DNA of 64,000 bases from an uncultured Gammaproteobacteria bacterium (GTDB lineage: Bacteria; Pseudomonadota; Gammaproteobacteria; UBA4575): assembly GCA_905479295.1 (NCBI GenBank), contig CAJQLY010000017.1, positions 12,380-76,379 on the forward strand, given 5' to 3'. Shown here in pieces: positions 33,366-43,078 of the stretch (position 1 is its first letter; every line of letters starts with the position of its first letter). The notes under the pieces are model-generated. The model saw only the letters and a list, made by a program, of their open reading frames with translations, made no database searches and had not been told where the DNA came from. The position numbers and the translations under genes are program-made.

Positions 33366-33560
33366 TTATTTAGCCCAACTTGAGAAGTTGTCAGCGGTCT
33401 TTTCTTGACCATCACTAAAGCCTGCTGAGTAAGCTTCGCTTAAACGCTGCTCTTCACGCTCTGGGTGACCTAAGTAACCACCTTGCCAACCCAATACGTA
33501 TTCTGGGTCAACGCCCTGCGATTCCATTGAAGTAATTGTGTCGCGATAAGTTTGATCCAT
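33366..33560 (-). CDS. hypothetical 64-aa protein
   Basis: Track ORF trimmed to MDQTYRDTI... so that it no longer overlaps the upstream gene end at 33604. Confidence 0.4.
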   Translation of the reverse strand: MDQTYRDTITSMESQGVDPEYVLGWQGGYLGHPEREEQRLSEAYSAGFSDGQEKTADNFSSWAK

Positions 33561-33603
33561 TATTTTGCTCCTGTTTAAAAATGTATAAATAGTGCGGCGT
33601 TTA

Positions 33604-34728
33604 TTAAAACGCTTCAAATCTTTTCAGTGCGATGCCTGCATCTATAGCCTTCTGAGCTATATCAGCGCCAGCGCGAAGTGTATCTGCTTTTCCTAAATGC
33701 TTCAGCATAATGGCAGCAGAATAACGCAAACAGTCTTGTGCCGGGCCTGCTTTCCCATCCAATGCGGCTAAACCGGCTTCAGCGCTAACCTTGGCGAGTG
33801 CTTCAACGTCGACTACGGCATCTTCGCCTTCAATCTCGCGTAATACCGATGCTGGCACTGGCTCACAACGTTGAGATTGATCAATACCTAGGTCTGCAGG
33901 GGTCATATTGACCTCTTCTAGGGCGCCATCAAGGCCGTGATATTCAAAATACTTAGCTGGCTTGTTGAGTGCCGGTGTAATGCCACCTTCAACACCTCGA
34001 ATGATCACACTGGAATCAAAGCCTGCAAGTTTCGCTAAGGCTTCATATACCGGTGGATAGGGTTTATGTACATAACCAGTCATCAGGTGTGTCGATAGCT
34101 TGCCACAAATGGGCTTTAGTAAGACCTCAACCGTAGTCAGTACGGGACGCTTAATAATACGTTTACGTAGGCCGACTAAATCATGTAATGGCTTACAAAA
34201 TTGTGCTTGATCAATATACGACCAACCACAATCAGGGTCATTAATCTTGGCTACTGCCTGTTGTGGACTCAGATCCACTGCCTTGCCTGCTGCACGTATG
34301 ACTTTACGGTGTGTCACGCCAAATTTAGGGCCGACATCTTCCAGGCCATGGCTCTGTGCTGGTAAGCCACAGGCGGCTAGTAAGGCGGGTAAAAAGGCCA
34401 TCACTGGAGCACCACGCATATAGCCATCGTAAGGCTCAGCGATATCAATCACGTGATCGACTTCTGCAGTGACGCGATCACAGGCATCTAGCAGGGCTTG
34501 TAAGCTGCCACCATTTTCATCGCTGGTCTCACGTTTCATACGCAAGGCGATCAGGTAAACGGCGCTTTGGACTGGGTCAATTTGATCACGCAGGATATAT
34601 TTCAGCGTATCTCTAGCCTCTTCAAAGGAAAGATTCTTACTGTATTCTGGGCCAGTTGCGACACGTCCGACGACGCTGCGCATAAAGGCATCAATCTCTG
34701 ATTGGGTGCGATCTAGTTCTACTGTCAC
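33604..34728 (-). CDS. anthranilate phosphoribosyltransferase-like (glycosyltransferase family 3, TrpD2/YbiB-like) protein
   Basis: 374 aa. The N-terminal helical-bundle pattern (LSFEEARDTL..ILRDQIDPVQSAVYLIALRMKRET) resembles the TrpD family. No other trp genes are nearby. Confidence 0.5.
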   Translation of the reverse strand: MTVELDRTQSEIDAFMRSVVGRVATGPEYSKNLSFEEARDTLKYILRDQIDPVQSAVYLIALRMKRETSDENGGSLQALLDACDRVTAEVDHVIDIAEPYDGYMRGAPVMAFLPALLAACGLPAQSHGLEDVGPKFGVTHRKVIRAAGKAVDLSPQQAVAKINDPDCGWSYIDQAQFCKPLHDLVGLRKRIIKRPVLTTVEVLLKPICGKLSTHLMTGYVHKPYPPVYEALAKLAGFDSSVIIRGVEGGITPALNKPAKYFEYHGLDGALEEVNMTPADLGIDQSQRCEPVPASVLREIEGEDAVVDVEALAKVSAEAGLAALDGKAGPAQDCLRYSAAIMLKHLGKADTLRAGADIAQKAIDAGIALKRFEAF

Positions 34729-34904
34729 AGTCTATATAATCCTTAAACGGTTGCCGAGCATACAAAATGTGCTGTGAATCCTATATATCCCTATGGAGGG
34801 GCGGTTAAGCCATTGATTTAAAATGATTTAATGTGTTCTTTTGGGTGACTCAACCGGGGTATTCGGCAGCCCCCTGCTTTGTTTTAAACTACGTGGCTTA
34901 AAAC

Positions 34905-35348
34905 ATGACAGGATTAAACCTTATGGATGAGTCGGAAGAGATTGATTTCGCCAGTGGCATACAAGCTTTTGAGTCTAAACACTTTGCACGAGCGATGCAG
35001 TTGTTGTCGCCATTAGCTGCTCTAGGCTATGCCGATGCACAACATCGTTGTGCCATTATGCTGCAAAACGGTCTTGGCAATAAGGCCAATCCAGAAGCGG
35101 CTTTTCGTTGGATGAATGCTGCTGCTGAGCAGGGACACCCATTGGCACAACACGGCTTGGGTTTCATGTATATGGAAGGTGACTGCGCAGAAAAAGATGG
35201 TGAGAAAGCAGCTTTTTGGTTTACCAAGGCAGCTGAACAAGGTCTAGCGGGTTCACAAACAACATTAGCAATGATGTATGAGCAGGGCACGTTGATTGAG
35301 AAGGATGAAGAAAAGGCTAAGGAATGGTACAAAAAAGCGGGTTTTTAG
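34905..35348 (+). CDS. Sel1-repeat (TPR-like) protein
   Basis: Three tandem repeats of the AxxWxxKAAEQGxxxAQxxLGxMYxxG type. Confidence 0.85.
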   Translation: MTGLNLMDESEEIDFASGIQAFESKHFARAMQLLSPLAALGYADAQHRCAIMLQNGLGNKANPEAAFRWMNAAAEQGHPLAQHGLGFMYMEGDCAEKDGEKAAFWFTKAAEQGLAGSQTTLAMMYEQGTLIEKDEEKAKEWYKKAGF

Positions 35349-35424
35349 TATTTTAAGTAACCGCCTATTTATCCATAAGTTATTGCTTCGATTAAGATTT
35401 TAAAGAATTAACAGCAGAGTTAGC

Positions 35425-36471
35425 ATGCGTCCCGCTTATTTAAATAATATTCTTGATAAAGAGTTTCATGCCGCCCAATCAGGTCAGCACACCCCAGTTA
35501 TGTTATGGGGGCCGCCTGGTGTTGGTAAGTCGCAAATCGTGGCGCAAGTTGCTGAACGTAATCAAGTGGCAATGATTGATATCCGTTTGTCACAAATGGA
35601 GCCTAGTGATCTACGCGGGATTCCATTTCAACAAGAAAACTCTGTTGAGTGGGCAATCCCAGCAATGTTGCCAGATGAGAAAAGACATGGTGTTAAAGGG
35701 ATTTTATTTTTAGATGAAATCACATCAGCGGCTCCCAGTGTTTCAGCTGCCGCCTACCAACTGATCCTAGATCGTCGTTTGGGTCAGTATGAAGTACCAG
35801 AAGGCTGGGCTATTTTAGCGGCTGGTAATCGTCAAGGAGATAGGGGGGTCACCTATACCATGCCAGCACCTTTAGCGAACCGCTTCTCGCATTATGAAGT
35901 CGATGTGAACTTAGATGATTGGGTGGCTTGGGCCTATGCCAATGAGATCGATGAACGTGTTATCGCCTTTCTACGATTTCGACCTGATCTGATCTTTAGT
36001 TTTGATGCGGCACAGAATCCAATGGCCTTTCCAACACCACGGTCTTGGGAATTCGCCAACCGAGCCTTACACAAGTTTGAGCAGAGTCAGGAAGTGTTAT
36101 TGGAAAGCTTGCAAGCCTGCGTCGGTGCAGCAGCAGGCATTGAATTGAATGCCTTTGTTGAACACCTAGAAGATATGCCAGATCTAGATGCGATAGTCAG
36201 TGGCACTGAAGCTTCAGTACCAACTGAAATTGATCTGCAATATGCAGTTGCTACAGCTTTAGTTGGGCGTGCAATCCGTGCCAAAGAAGGCACTGCAGGT
36301 AACCTTATTCTTGGCAATATCTTGCGTTATGCTCAGCTTTTCCCACAACGTGAAATGGGTGTGATGATGATCTCTGATATGCACCGCGCCATTGGTGAGC
36401 GGCTCTTTGCAGTCGAAGAATTTGCACTATGGGCAGATTCTGTTGCCGACCTTATGTTATACGAAGCCTAA
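35425..36471 (+). CDS. MoxR-class AAA+ ATPase
   Basis: 348 aa. Walker A GPPGVGKS, Walker B ILFLDEI, and AAGNRQGDRG..PAPLANRF typical of AAA_5/MoxR. Confidence 0.85.
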   Translation: MRPAYLNNILDKEFHAAQSGQHTPVMLWGPPGVGKSQIVAQVAERNQVAMIDIRLSQMEPSDLRGIPFQQENSVEWAIPAMLPDEKRHGVKGILFLDEITSAAPSVSAAAYQLILDRRLGQYEVPEGWAILAAGNRQGDRGVTYTMPAPLANRFSHYEVDVNLDDWVAWAYANEIDERVIAFLRFRPDLIFSFDAAQNPMAFPTPRSWEFANRALHKFEQSQEVLLESLQACVGAAAGIELNAFVEHLEDMPDLDAIVSGTEASVPTEIDLQYAVATALVGRAIRAKEGTAGNLILGNILRYAQLFPQREMGVMMISDMHRAIGERLFAVEEFALWADSVADLMLYEA

Positions 36472-36496
36472 GATCATCAGTCGATAAGGCCTAGCT

Positions 36497-37762
36497 ATGG
36501 ACACCGATAAGGTTGAAACAAAACTAGCTGCAGCACGGACCCGGTTGATTTTGGATAAGCCCTTTTTAGGCGCCTTGGTATTACGTATGCCACTGCAACA
36601 GGGTGATTCTGCTTGGTGTATTACAGCAGCCACTGATGCCAAAAAAATCTTTTATAACTATGATTATATTCTTGCGCTGACCCCAGCAGAGACGCAATTC
36701 GTATTAGCCAAGCAAGCCTTACATTGTGCTTTATCGCATTTTGCGCGGCGCCAACACCGGATTAAACATTTATGGGATTTGGCCTGTGATTATGCTGTTA
36801 GTCCACTATTAATTGATGAAGGGCTACAGGCGCCACCGGGTACATTTCTAGAAAAAAGTTATCGTGGTTTAAGTGCTGAAGAGATTTATCCTTATTTACA
36901 AGATAAAGATGATGGTGACGCCGAGACTGGTGGTAAGCAGGAAGCAGGTAGTGATCCATCAACTGACCCAACCGATGAACAAGATCAGTCAGCTAGCGAT
37001 AAACCCCCTGGGCCAGATCCTGATGATAAATCTGATGGTGGTAGTAGTTCTGACCCACAACAAGACCCTGAACAACAGCCAGATGATGAGGCGCAAGGAC
37101 AAAGCCAAGAGGCAAGCTTGAGTCAGCAGGAATTAGATAATCTCTCAGTGCAATGGCAGCAACGCTTAGCAGGTGCTGCCCAACAGGCGCAGCAGGCCGG
37201 TAAGCTGAGTGCAGGTATGGCGCGCATGGTCGAATTAATGCTGCAGCCTAAGTTGCCTTGGCGTGCTTTATTAGCCCGTTTTATGGTGGCAACTGCGAGA
37301 GATGATTATAGCTATGCACGGCCTTCCTCTAGGCGTGGTGGGTCTGCCATTTTTCCAAGCTTGCGTAGTTCACAGGTGAATATTGTGGTGGCATTAGATA
37401 TCAGTGGGTCTATCAGTGGACAAGAGATACAAGAGTTTATGACCGAGATCGATGCGATTAAAGGCCAACTGCGCGCGCGTGTGAGCTTACTTGCCTGTGA
37501 TGAAAAACTGGTGAAAGGAAGTCCATGGTTATTTGAAGCGTGGGAAGAATTCAAACTGCCTAAAAGTTTTCGTGGTGGCGGTGGTACCGACTTTCGACCT
37601 GTGTTTGACTGGGTTGAAAAACAAGATCAAGCCCCTGAGTTATTGGTCTATTTTAGTGACTGCTTAGGACGCTTTCCTGAGTATCAGCCTAGCTATCCAG
37701 TATTATGGTTAGTCAAAGGTGGTAAACAGCCAGCCTTTGGACAACGGGTGCAACTAAACTAA
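36497..37762 (+). CDS. VWA-domain protein with an N-terminal DUF2201-type metallopeptidase-like domain
   Basis: 421 aa. MIDAS motif DISGS in VVALDISGSISGQE. N-terminal LILDKPFLGAL.. region with HCALSH where I recall an HExxH motif. Long D/P/Q/S-rich acidic linker. Confidence 0.7.
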   Translation: MDTDKVETKLAAARTRLILDKPFLGALVLRMPLQQGDSAWCITAATDAKKIFYNYDYILALTPAETQFVLAKQALHCALSHFARRQHRIKHLWDLACDYAVSPLLIDEGLQAPPGTFLEKSYRGLSAEEIYPYLQDKDDGDAETGGKQEAGSDPSTDPTDEQDQSASDKPPGPDPDDKSDGGSSSDPQQDPEQQPDDEAQGQSQEASLSQQELDNLSVQWQQRLAGAAQQAQQAGKLSAGMARMVELMLQPKLPWRALLARFMVATARDDYSYARPSSRRGGSAIFPSLRSSQVNIVVALDISGSISGQEIQEFMTEIDAIKGQLRARVSLLACDEKLVKGSPWLFEAWEEFKLPKSFRGGGGTDFRPVFDWVEKQDQAPELLVYFSDCLGRFPEYQPSYPVLWLVKGGKQPAFGQRVQLN

Positions 37763-37766
37763 GTGT

Positions 37767-38873
37767 ATGGATTTAACTAACGAAGATACCTTGCGCTTAA
37801 ATGTATTATTAGCGCAAAAGCCACAGGCCGTACGTATTGATGAGTCACGTATGGAAGTACATGCCTTAACCGAACGTGGTGAAGCTAAAGTAGTCTTGCA
37901 TGCGACTGGTCGTGATGAGAAATATCTACGCAATGTACGTCAGTGGTTATCCACTCAAGTGTTGGGTTCTCCTGGTGGTTATCCAGTTTTTTTACGCCGT
38001 TGGACACGTATGGGCCAGGCGCGTGATGACAGCTTAGAAAAATTGCTATTACTGGGTGAGCCAGAAGCTATTGTTGCCGTAGTGCATGCCAGTGGCTTGA
38101 CTAATGAGCTTGCTAAACGCGCTTGGTGGTGTGTGCCGAATGCCGATAATGCGCGTTGTATGCTAGAGAGCCAAGACGTAGTTACAGGTAGTATGGGGCC
38201 AGAATTGGCACAGTTTTTAGTTGAGTTTTTACCGTTTGAAGAGAGTTCGGCGGCGACTATGCGCTCAGTTCGTCTAGTCTTACAAGGCGACTTAGTGGAT
38301 CAGGCAACCAAGGAATCTATTTGGCAGCGTGGCAAGCGTAAGAACACTTATTTTGTTGGTTTTTTACAGCAGTGTCCGGAATGTCTGCCTATAGAGCAGT
38401 TGCCACATGCTGACTTTCAGGTGATATCTGAGCAATTAAGCAGGCTTGAAGTGAGTAATCCTTGGGCACAAAAAGTACAATGGCTACTCAGTGGTGAGGG
38501 GCAAGCGATGCTCGAAACCTATAGTTCAGTAATGAAGAAGCCAAGTGATCAAGATGTAGTGGTTACATTGTTTAATACGATGGGGCATTACTTCACGGTA
38601 GAAGAAACAGGTTTTCCGAAACCACGCCAAATTGAAGAAGTGCATGCATTTGTTGGCCACCTCATGCAAAATCCGCAGGGTGCACTGCATGAGCTACTAC
38701 AAATTTGGCCACAGGCTAAATCTATTTGTAGTGCGATTATTTTTCTGTCCATGGTCAGTGAGAGTTTACTGGACCCCGTCTTTGGTGTGACTGATGCTAT
38801 TGGCACAGTTATGCGAAAGCGTATCGCTCATTTGATTGAGCCTATTCAGCAGCAGGTAGCTGCATTACGATAA
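37767..38873 (+). CDS. hypothetical 368-aa cytoplasmic protein (third gene of the MoxR-VWA operon; DsrS-like is only a guess)
   Basis: ORF starts 4 nt after the VWA gene and ends 1 nt before cysG. No motif recognised. Confidence 0.5.
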   Translation: MDLTNEDTLRLNVLLAQKPQAVRIDESRMEVHALTERGEAKVVLHATGRDEKYLRNVRQWLSTQVLGSPGGYPVFLRRWTRMGQARDDSLEKLLLLGEPEAIVAVVHASGLTNELAKRAWWCVPNADNARCMLESQDVVTGSMGPELAQFLVEFLPFEESSAATMRSVRLVLQGDLVDQATKESIWQRGKRKNTYFVGFLQQCPECLPIEQLPHADFQVISEQLSRLEVSNPWAQKVQWLLSGEGQAMLETYSSVMKKPSDQDVVVTLFNTMGHYFTVEETGFPKPRQIEEVHAFVGHLMQNPQGALHELLQIWPQAKSICSAIIFLSMVSESLLDPVFGVTDAIGTVMRKRIAHLIEPIQQQVAALR

Positions 38874-38874
38874 T

Positions 38875-40278
38875 ATGAGTTTATTACCCCTATTTATTGA
38901 TTTAAAAGAGCAGCATTGTTTGGTCGTGGGTGGCGGTACAATCGCTGCTCGGAAGCTAGCTATGTTGTGTAAAGCAGGTGCTTACGTAACCGTAGTGAGC
39001 CCTGAAGTTTCTGCACAAGCTGAAAAGTTATGCCAAGAGTATAATTGTCAGCTTGAACGACGTGCATTTGCAGAAGAAGATATTCAGGATCAACGCTTAA
39101 TTATTGCAGCCACTTCCATTGCTACAGTTAATCAGCAGGTGAGTGAGCTAGCAAAAGCGAAAGGTATCTTGGTTAATGTTGCCGATGACTTTAGCCAAGG
39201 TGATGTTGTATTACCTTCTGTTATTGATCGGGACCCTATTCAAATTGCCATCACAACAGGTGGTGCCTCTCCAGTTTTGGCACGTATGATTCGTCGCAAT
39301 CTAGAACGCCACATGCCAGCTGCTTATGGTCAATTAGCTAATTTGGTGGAAAAGTATCGAAGCCCAGTAAGCAAACAATTAACCGATGAAACACAGCGCC
39401 GACGATTCTGGGAAGACGTGTTGCAAGGACCGATTGCTGAATCAGTCTTTGCTGGTAATCTGCAGATTGCAGAACAGGCATTAAGTCAGCGTATTGTAGA
39501 AGAGGACTTTACTACAGATAGTCATGGTGAAGTTTATTTGGTGGGTGCTGGCCCGGGTGATCCTGACTTACTGACATTTCGTGCCCTGCGTTTGATGCAA
39601 CAGGCAGATGCTGTAGTTTATGATCGACTAGTATCAGATGAGATTATGTCTCTAGTGCGTAAAGACGCTGAAAAGATTTATGCCGGTAAACAACGTTCTA
39701 ACCATGCCATCCCACAGGAATCAATTAACCATCTGCTGGTTCGTTTAGCCAAGGAAGGTAAGCGTGTCTTAAGATTGAAAGGCGGCGATCCATTTATTTT
39801 TGGTCGTGGTGGTGAAGAGATTGAGACTTTAATGGATGAGGGTGTGGCCTTTCAGGTGGTACCAGCAGTGACTGCAGCAGCAGGCTGTGCAGCCTATTCT
39901 GGTATTCCTTTAACTCATCGAGATCATGCCCAGGCCTGTATTTTTGTTACTGGTCATTTAAAAGATGGCAGTGTCGATCTGAATTGGAAGATGCTCGCAC
40001 ATAAGCAACAAACCATTGTTTTCTATATGGGTTTGTATGGCTTATCGATGATCTGTGAACAATTGATCAAGCATGGTCTAGATTCAGACACCCCTGCAGC
40101 CCTAGTCAGCAAAGGAACTACCCCTGACCAGCGTGTTCTGATTGGTGATCTGAATAACCTACCTGGTTTAGTCGACAAACATGCAGTCAGTGGCCCTACA
40201 TTGATTATTGTTGGTAGTGTGGTGAGTCTGCATAGTAAGTTGCATTGGTATCAGACAGAAACTGAAATTACCGATTAA
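38875..40278 (+). CDS. cysG: siroheme synthase (precorrin-2 dehydrogenase/ferrochelatase + uroporphyrinogen-III methyltransferase)
   Basis: 467 aa. N-terminal Rossmann motif VVGGGTIAARK. C-terminal SUMT motifs VGAGPGDPDLLT and GGDPFIFGRG. Confidence 0.92.
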   Translation: MSLLPLFIDLKEQHCLVVGGGTIAARKLAMLCKAGAYVTVVSPEVSAQAEKLCQEYNCQLERRAFAEEDIQDQRLIIAATSIATVNQQVSELAKAKGILVNVADDFSQGDVVLPSVIDRDPIQIAITTGGASPVLARMIRRNLERHMPAAYGQLANLVEKYRSPVSKQLTDETQRRRFWEDVLQGPIAESVFAGNLQIAEQALSQRIVEEDFTTDSHGEVYLVGAGPGDPDLLTFRALRLMQQADAVVYDRLVSDEIMSLVRKDAEKIYAGKQRSNHAIPQESINHLLVRLAKEGKRVLRLKGGDPFIFGRGGEEIETLMDEGVAFQVVPAVTAAAGCAAYSGIPLTHRDHAQACIFVTGHLKDGSVDLNWKMLAHKQQTIVFYMGLYGLSMICEQLIKHGLDSDTPAALVSKGTTPDQRVLIGDLNNLPGLVDKHAVSGPTLIIVGSVVSLHSKLHWYQTETEITD

Positions 40279-40308
40279 ATAATTCACTAGTCTCCTTATC
40301 AATTTCTT

Positions 40309-40797
40309 ATGAGCCTCATATCTGCATTTACTCCTAGTGAAGCCTTAGTGCTGAATACACCAGCACCGACTTTTGATTTGATCGATCATAGCGGTATACG
40401 TCATACCCTCGCAGATTATCGTGGGTCGTGGTTGGTCCTATACTTTTATCCGAAAGATAACACCCCTAGTTGCACTGCTGAGGCCTGTGCCTTGCGTGAT
40501 AACTACACACCTTTGCAGCAGGAACAGACGCAGATATTGGGCGTTAGCATTGGTTCAGGTGATAGTCATCAGCGATTTGCTCAGCGTCATCAGTTACCCT
40601 TCCCACTATTGATAGACGATGGTGATCTCGCTAGTCGCTATCATGCCTTGTTCCAGCTGGGGCCGATCAAGATTGCGAAACGACATAGTTTTATTATTGA
40701 TCCTGCTGGCAACTTACGAAAGATATACCGTAAGGTGTCTAGCCGATCACATGCGCAACAACTCCTCATTGATATTAAGTTTCTGAAGAGCGATTAA
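40309..40797 (+). CDS. bcp: Bcp-type peroxiredoxin
   Basis: 162 aa. FYPKDNTPSCTAEAC motif containing the CxxxxC pair. Confidence 0.85.
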   Translation: MSLISAFTPSEALVLNTPAPTFDLIDHSGIRHTLADYRGSWLVLYFYPKDNTPSCTAEACALRDNYTPLQQEQTQILGVSIGSGDSHQRFAQRHQLPFPLLIDDGDLASRYHALFQLGPIKIAKRHSFIIDPAGNLRKIYRKVSSRSHAQQLLIDIKFLKSD

Positions 40798-40834
40798 ACG
40801 TGGTACGCTCTAGCCTCTTAGAAATACACATGCG

Positions 40835-41052
40835 GTTCAGGTGCTTGCCTTGGCTTAATTGTTCAACGGTAAGTGAAACAGGGAATCTGGTAAAAGCCAG
40901 AGCTGCCCCCGCAACGGTAAAAGAGTTTATCTGCATTATTTACCACTGTGCTCATAAGGCATGGGAAGGTTATGTAGATGTTTAGCTGATTTGACTGAAG
41001 AGTTTTCAGTAAGTCGACTAAACCGCTCTTGAGCCCGGAGACCGGCCTGAAC
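40835..41052 (+). promoter_or_regulatory. cobalamin (B12) riboswitch aptamer
   Basis: Conserved core GGGAATCTGGTAAAAGCCAGAGCTGCCCCCGCAACGGTAA (40881-40920). CCACTG...GGGAAGG element. B12 box AGCCCGGAGACCGGCC (41032-41047). Closing P1 stem GTTCAGG/CCTGAAC. Sits upstream of btuB. Confidence 0.9.
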
Positions 41053-41192
41053 TGTACGGCAAATTGCGGTGGGCAATTTAGGTTGGAATATGCATAGTTG
41101 ATTTTGTATCGACTATCTAATTTATTGTGTGCGATAAATTATTATTGTGCCCACTGCGTTTGCTCATAACATACTATCCGGAAGGGGGTCTT

Positions 41193-43067
41193 ATGAGTTT
41201 TATGCGCGTCTTTATTTTATTGTCTATTTTTTTATTCAAGCCTGTAATGGCGGAAGATAGCCTGCCGAACATCTCTGTTACTGCTAGTCGCACACCGATA
41301 GAGGTGCAGCATAGCTCGACTAGCATCAGTATTATCACAGCAGAAGAGATTGCTCAGAGCAAAGCAGTCTATGTCAGTGAGCTGCTGCAATCTGTGCCAG
41401 GTTTGAATATCTCACGCACTGGTGCCCCTGGAAACATAACGCAGTTACGAATGCGTGGTGGTGAAGCTAATCATGTCTTGGTTCTGATTGATGGAGTTGA
41501 GGCGAATAGGCTATCGTCAGGATCAGAATTCCGATTTGATAAAATTAGTACTGAGCAGGTTGAGCGTATTGAAGTGTTGCGAGGAGCGCAAAGTTCACTA
41601 TGGGGTAGTGATGCGCTAAGTGGTGTCATTAACATCATTACTAAACGAGCAAAAAAAGGACGAGAGATAACACTTAGTTCAAGTCTTGGGCAGCGTGATT
41701 ATTGGAGAAAAGGATTAAGCCTTGGGTATGGAGAGGATCGGTTTGATATTCAGTTAGGTGCTGATCTTGTCAGAACTGATGGCATTAATTCGATTAGATT
41801 AGGTAATGAAAAAGATGGTTTTAATCAGAAAGTCGTAAATCTAAAGAGCTATTATGATTTCGATAATGGCGCAGAACTTGGTTTGGTTTTCCATTATAAA
41901 ACTAGTGATGGTGAATCTGATCCTGGCACTACTTCAGATGGATATGCTGAAGATGATGAGAAAGAATATTTAAGCCGTATTTTTTATAAATGGAATTTAT
42001 GGCAGAGCCGTTGGCAACAACAGCTTGCTTACTCTGTTGTCGATCAAAAAAATAAAAATAAACAGGCCTCTTCTATATCAAAGTATAACGGTAAGAAACA
42101 TAAATGGATGTATCAGAGCACCTTTAAACTACCTATCTCTAATGACAATATTGATCGTCAAAGCCTAACCTTTGCAGTCGAACGCGAACGCGACAACTAT
42201 GAGCAGATTACTAGTAGTTCTAGTCATAAACAGCGCATAGTGAATTATGGGTATGTTGCAGAATATCGATTAGGATTTATGGATGACTTTAGTTTTTCTG
42301 CTAGTGGTCGTGCAGATGATAATGATGAGTTTAAGAATTCAAAAACCTACCGATTAGGTTTGAGCTATATTCATCCTGACTGGGGCACTAAATTGCATAT
42401 TGCACATGCAACAGGTGTTAAAAATCCAACTTTTACTGAGCTATTTGGTTGGGCGCCAGCAAACTTTATTGGTAATCCAGATCTAAAGGCTGAGCACTCT
42501 AAGGATTGGGAGTTGGGAATATCTCAGGGGTTTTTTGACGAGAAGATGAATCTAACATTGACCCTGTTTCAGCAACGGCTTAAAGACGAGGTTACTAGTA
42601 ACGCGTTCTATAATGGATCAATTAATTCTGATGGGGAGAGTAAACGTGATGGCCTTGAGTTGGATTTGCAGGGTAACCTATTAGATGATATTCGTTATGG
42701 TTTTTCTTATACCTACCTTGTTGCAGCTGAAGGCGTCAGTGGTGCTGATGATAAAACCGAAGTTAGACGGCCTAAACATCAATGGAGTGGTTTGTTGAAT
42801 TATGTCTTCTTGGAAAATAAGGCTAATCTGCAAGTGTCAGCTGATCATATTGGCAAGCATCGAAATGTTGATTGGGGAATAGGTTCCGGTACTAGGGTTG
42901 AATTAGATGATTACTTATTGATTAATATGGCCATGAGTTATGCAGTAGCTTCTGATGTTGAATTATGGGGGCGTGTGACCAACCTATTCGATGAAGATTA
43001 TACCGAGGTTTCAGGATACAACGATGAAGGAACCACTATCTATGCTGGTTTTGAAATTACATTATAG
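41193..43067 (+). CDS. btuB: TonB-dependent cobalamin receptor
   Basis: Start set at ATG 41193 after GGAAGGGGG. Signal peptide ..KPVMA. Plug motifs ISVTASRTP and RMRGGEANHVLVLIDGV. Under the B12 riboswitch. Confidence 0.88.
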   Translation: MSFMRVFILLSIFLFKPVMAEDSLPNISVTASRTPIEVQHSSTSISIITAEEIAQSKAVYVSELLQSVPGLNISRTGAPGNITQLRMRGGEANHVLVLIDGVEANRLSSGSEFRFDKISTEQVERIEVLRGAQSSLWGSDALSGVINIITKRAKKGREITLSSSLGQRDYWRKGLSLGYGEDRFDIQLGADLVRTDGINSIRLGNEKDGFNQKVVNLKSYYDFDNGAELGLVFHYKTSDGESDPGTTSDGYAEDDEKEYLSRIFYKWNLWQSRWQQQLAYSVVDQKNKNKQASSISKYNGKKHKWMYQSTFKLPISNDNIDRQSLTFAVERERDNYEQITSSSSHKQRIVNYGYVAEYRLGFMDDFSFSASGRADDNDEFKNSKTYRLGLSYIHPDWGTKLHIAHATGVKNPTFTELFGWAPANFIGNPDLKAEHSKDWELGISQGFFDEKMNLTLTLFQQRLKDEVTSNAFYNGSINSDGESKRDGLELDLQGNLLDDIRYGFSYTYLVAAEGVSGADDKTEVRRPKHQWSGLLNYVFLENKANLQVSADHIGKHRNVDWGIGSGTRVELDDYLLINMAMSYAVASDVELWGRVTNLFDEDYTEVSGYNDEGTTIYAGFEITL

Positions 43068-43078
43068 GAGCTGATGTT

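Noticed and set aside
40800-40985. 61-aa track ORF between bcp and btuB
   Set aside because: It lies entirely within the cobalamin riboswitch aptamer. It has no RBS, and the sequence is explained by conserved RNA motifs.
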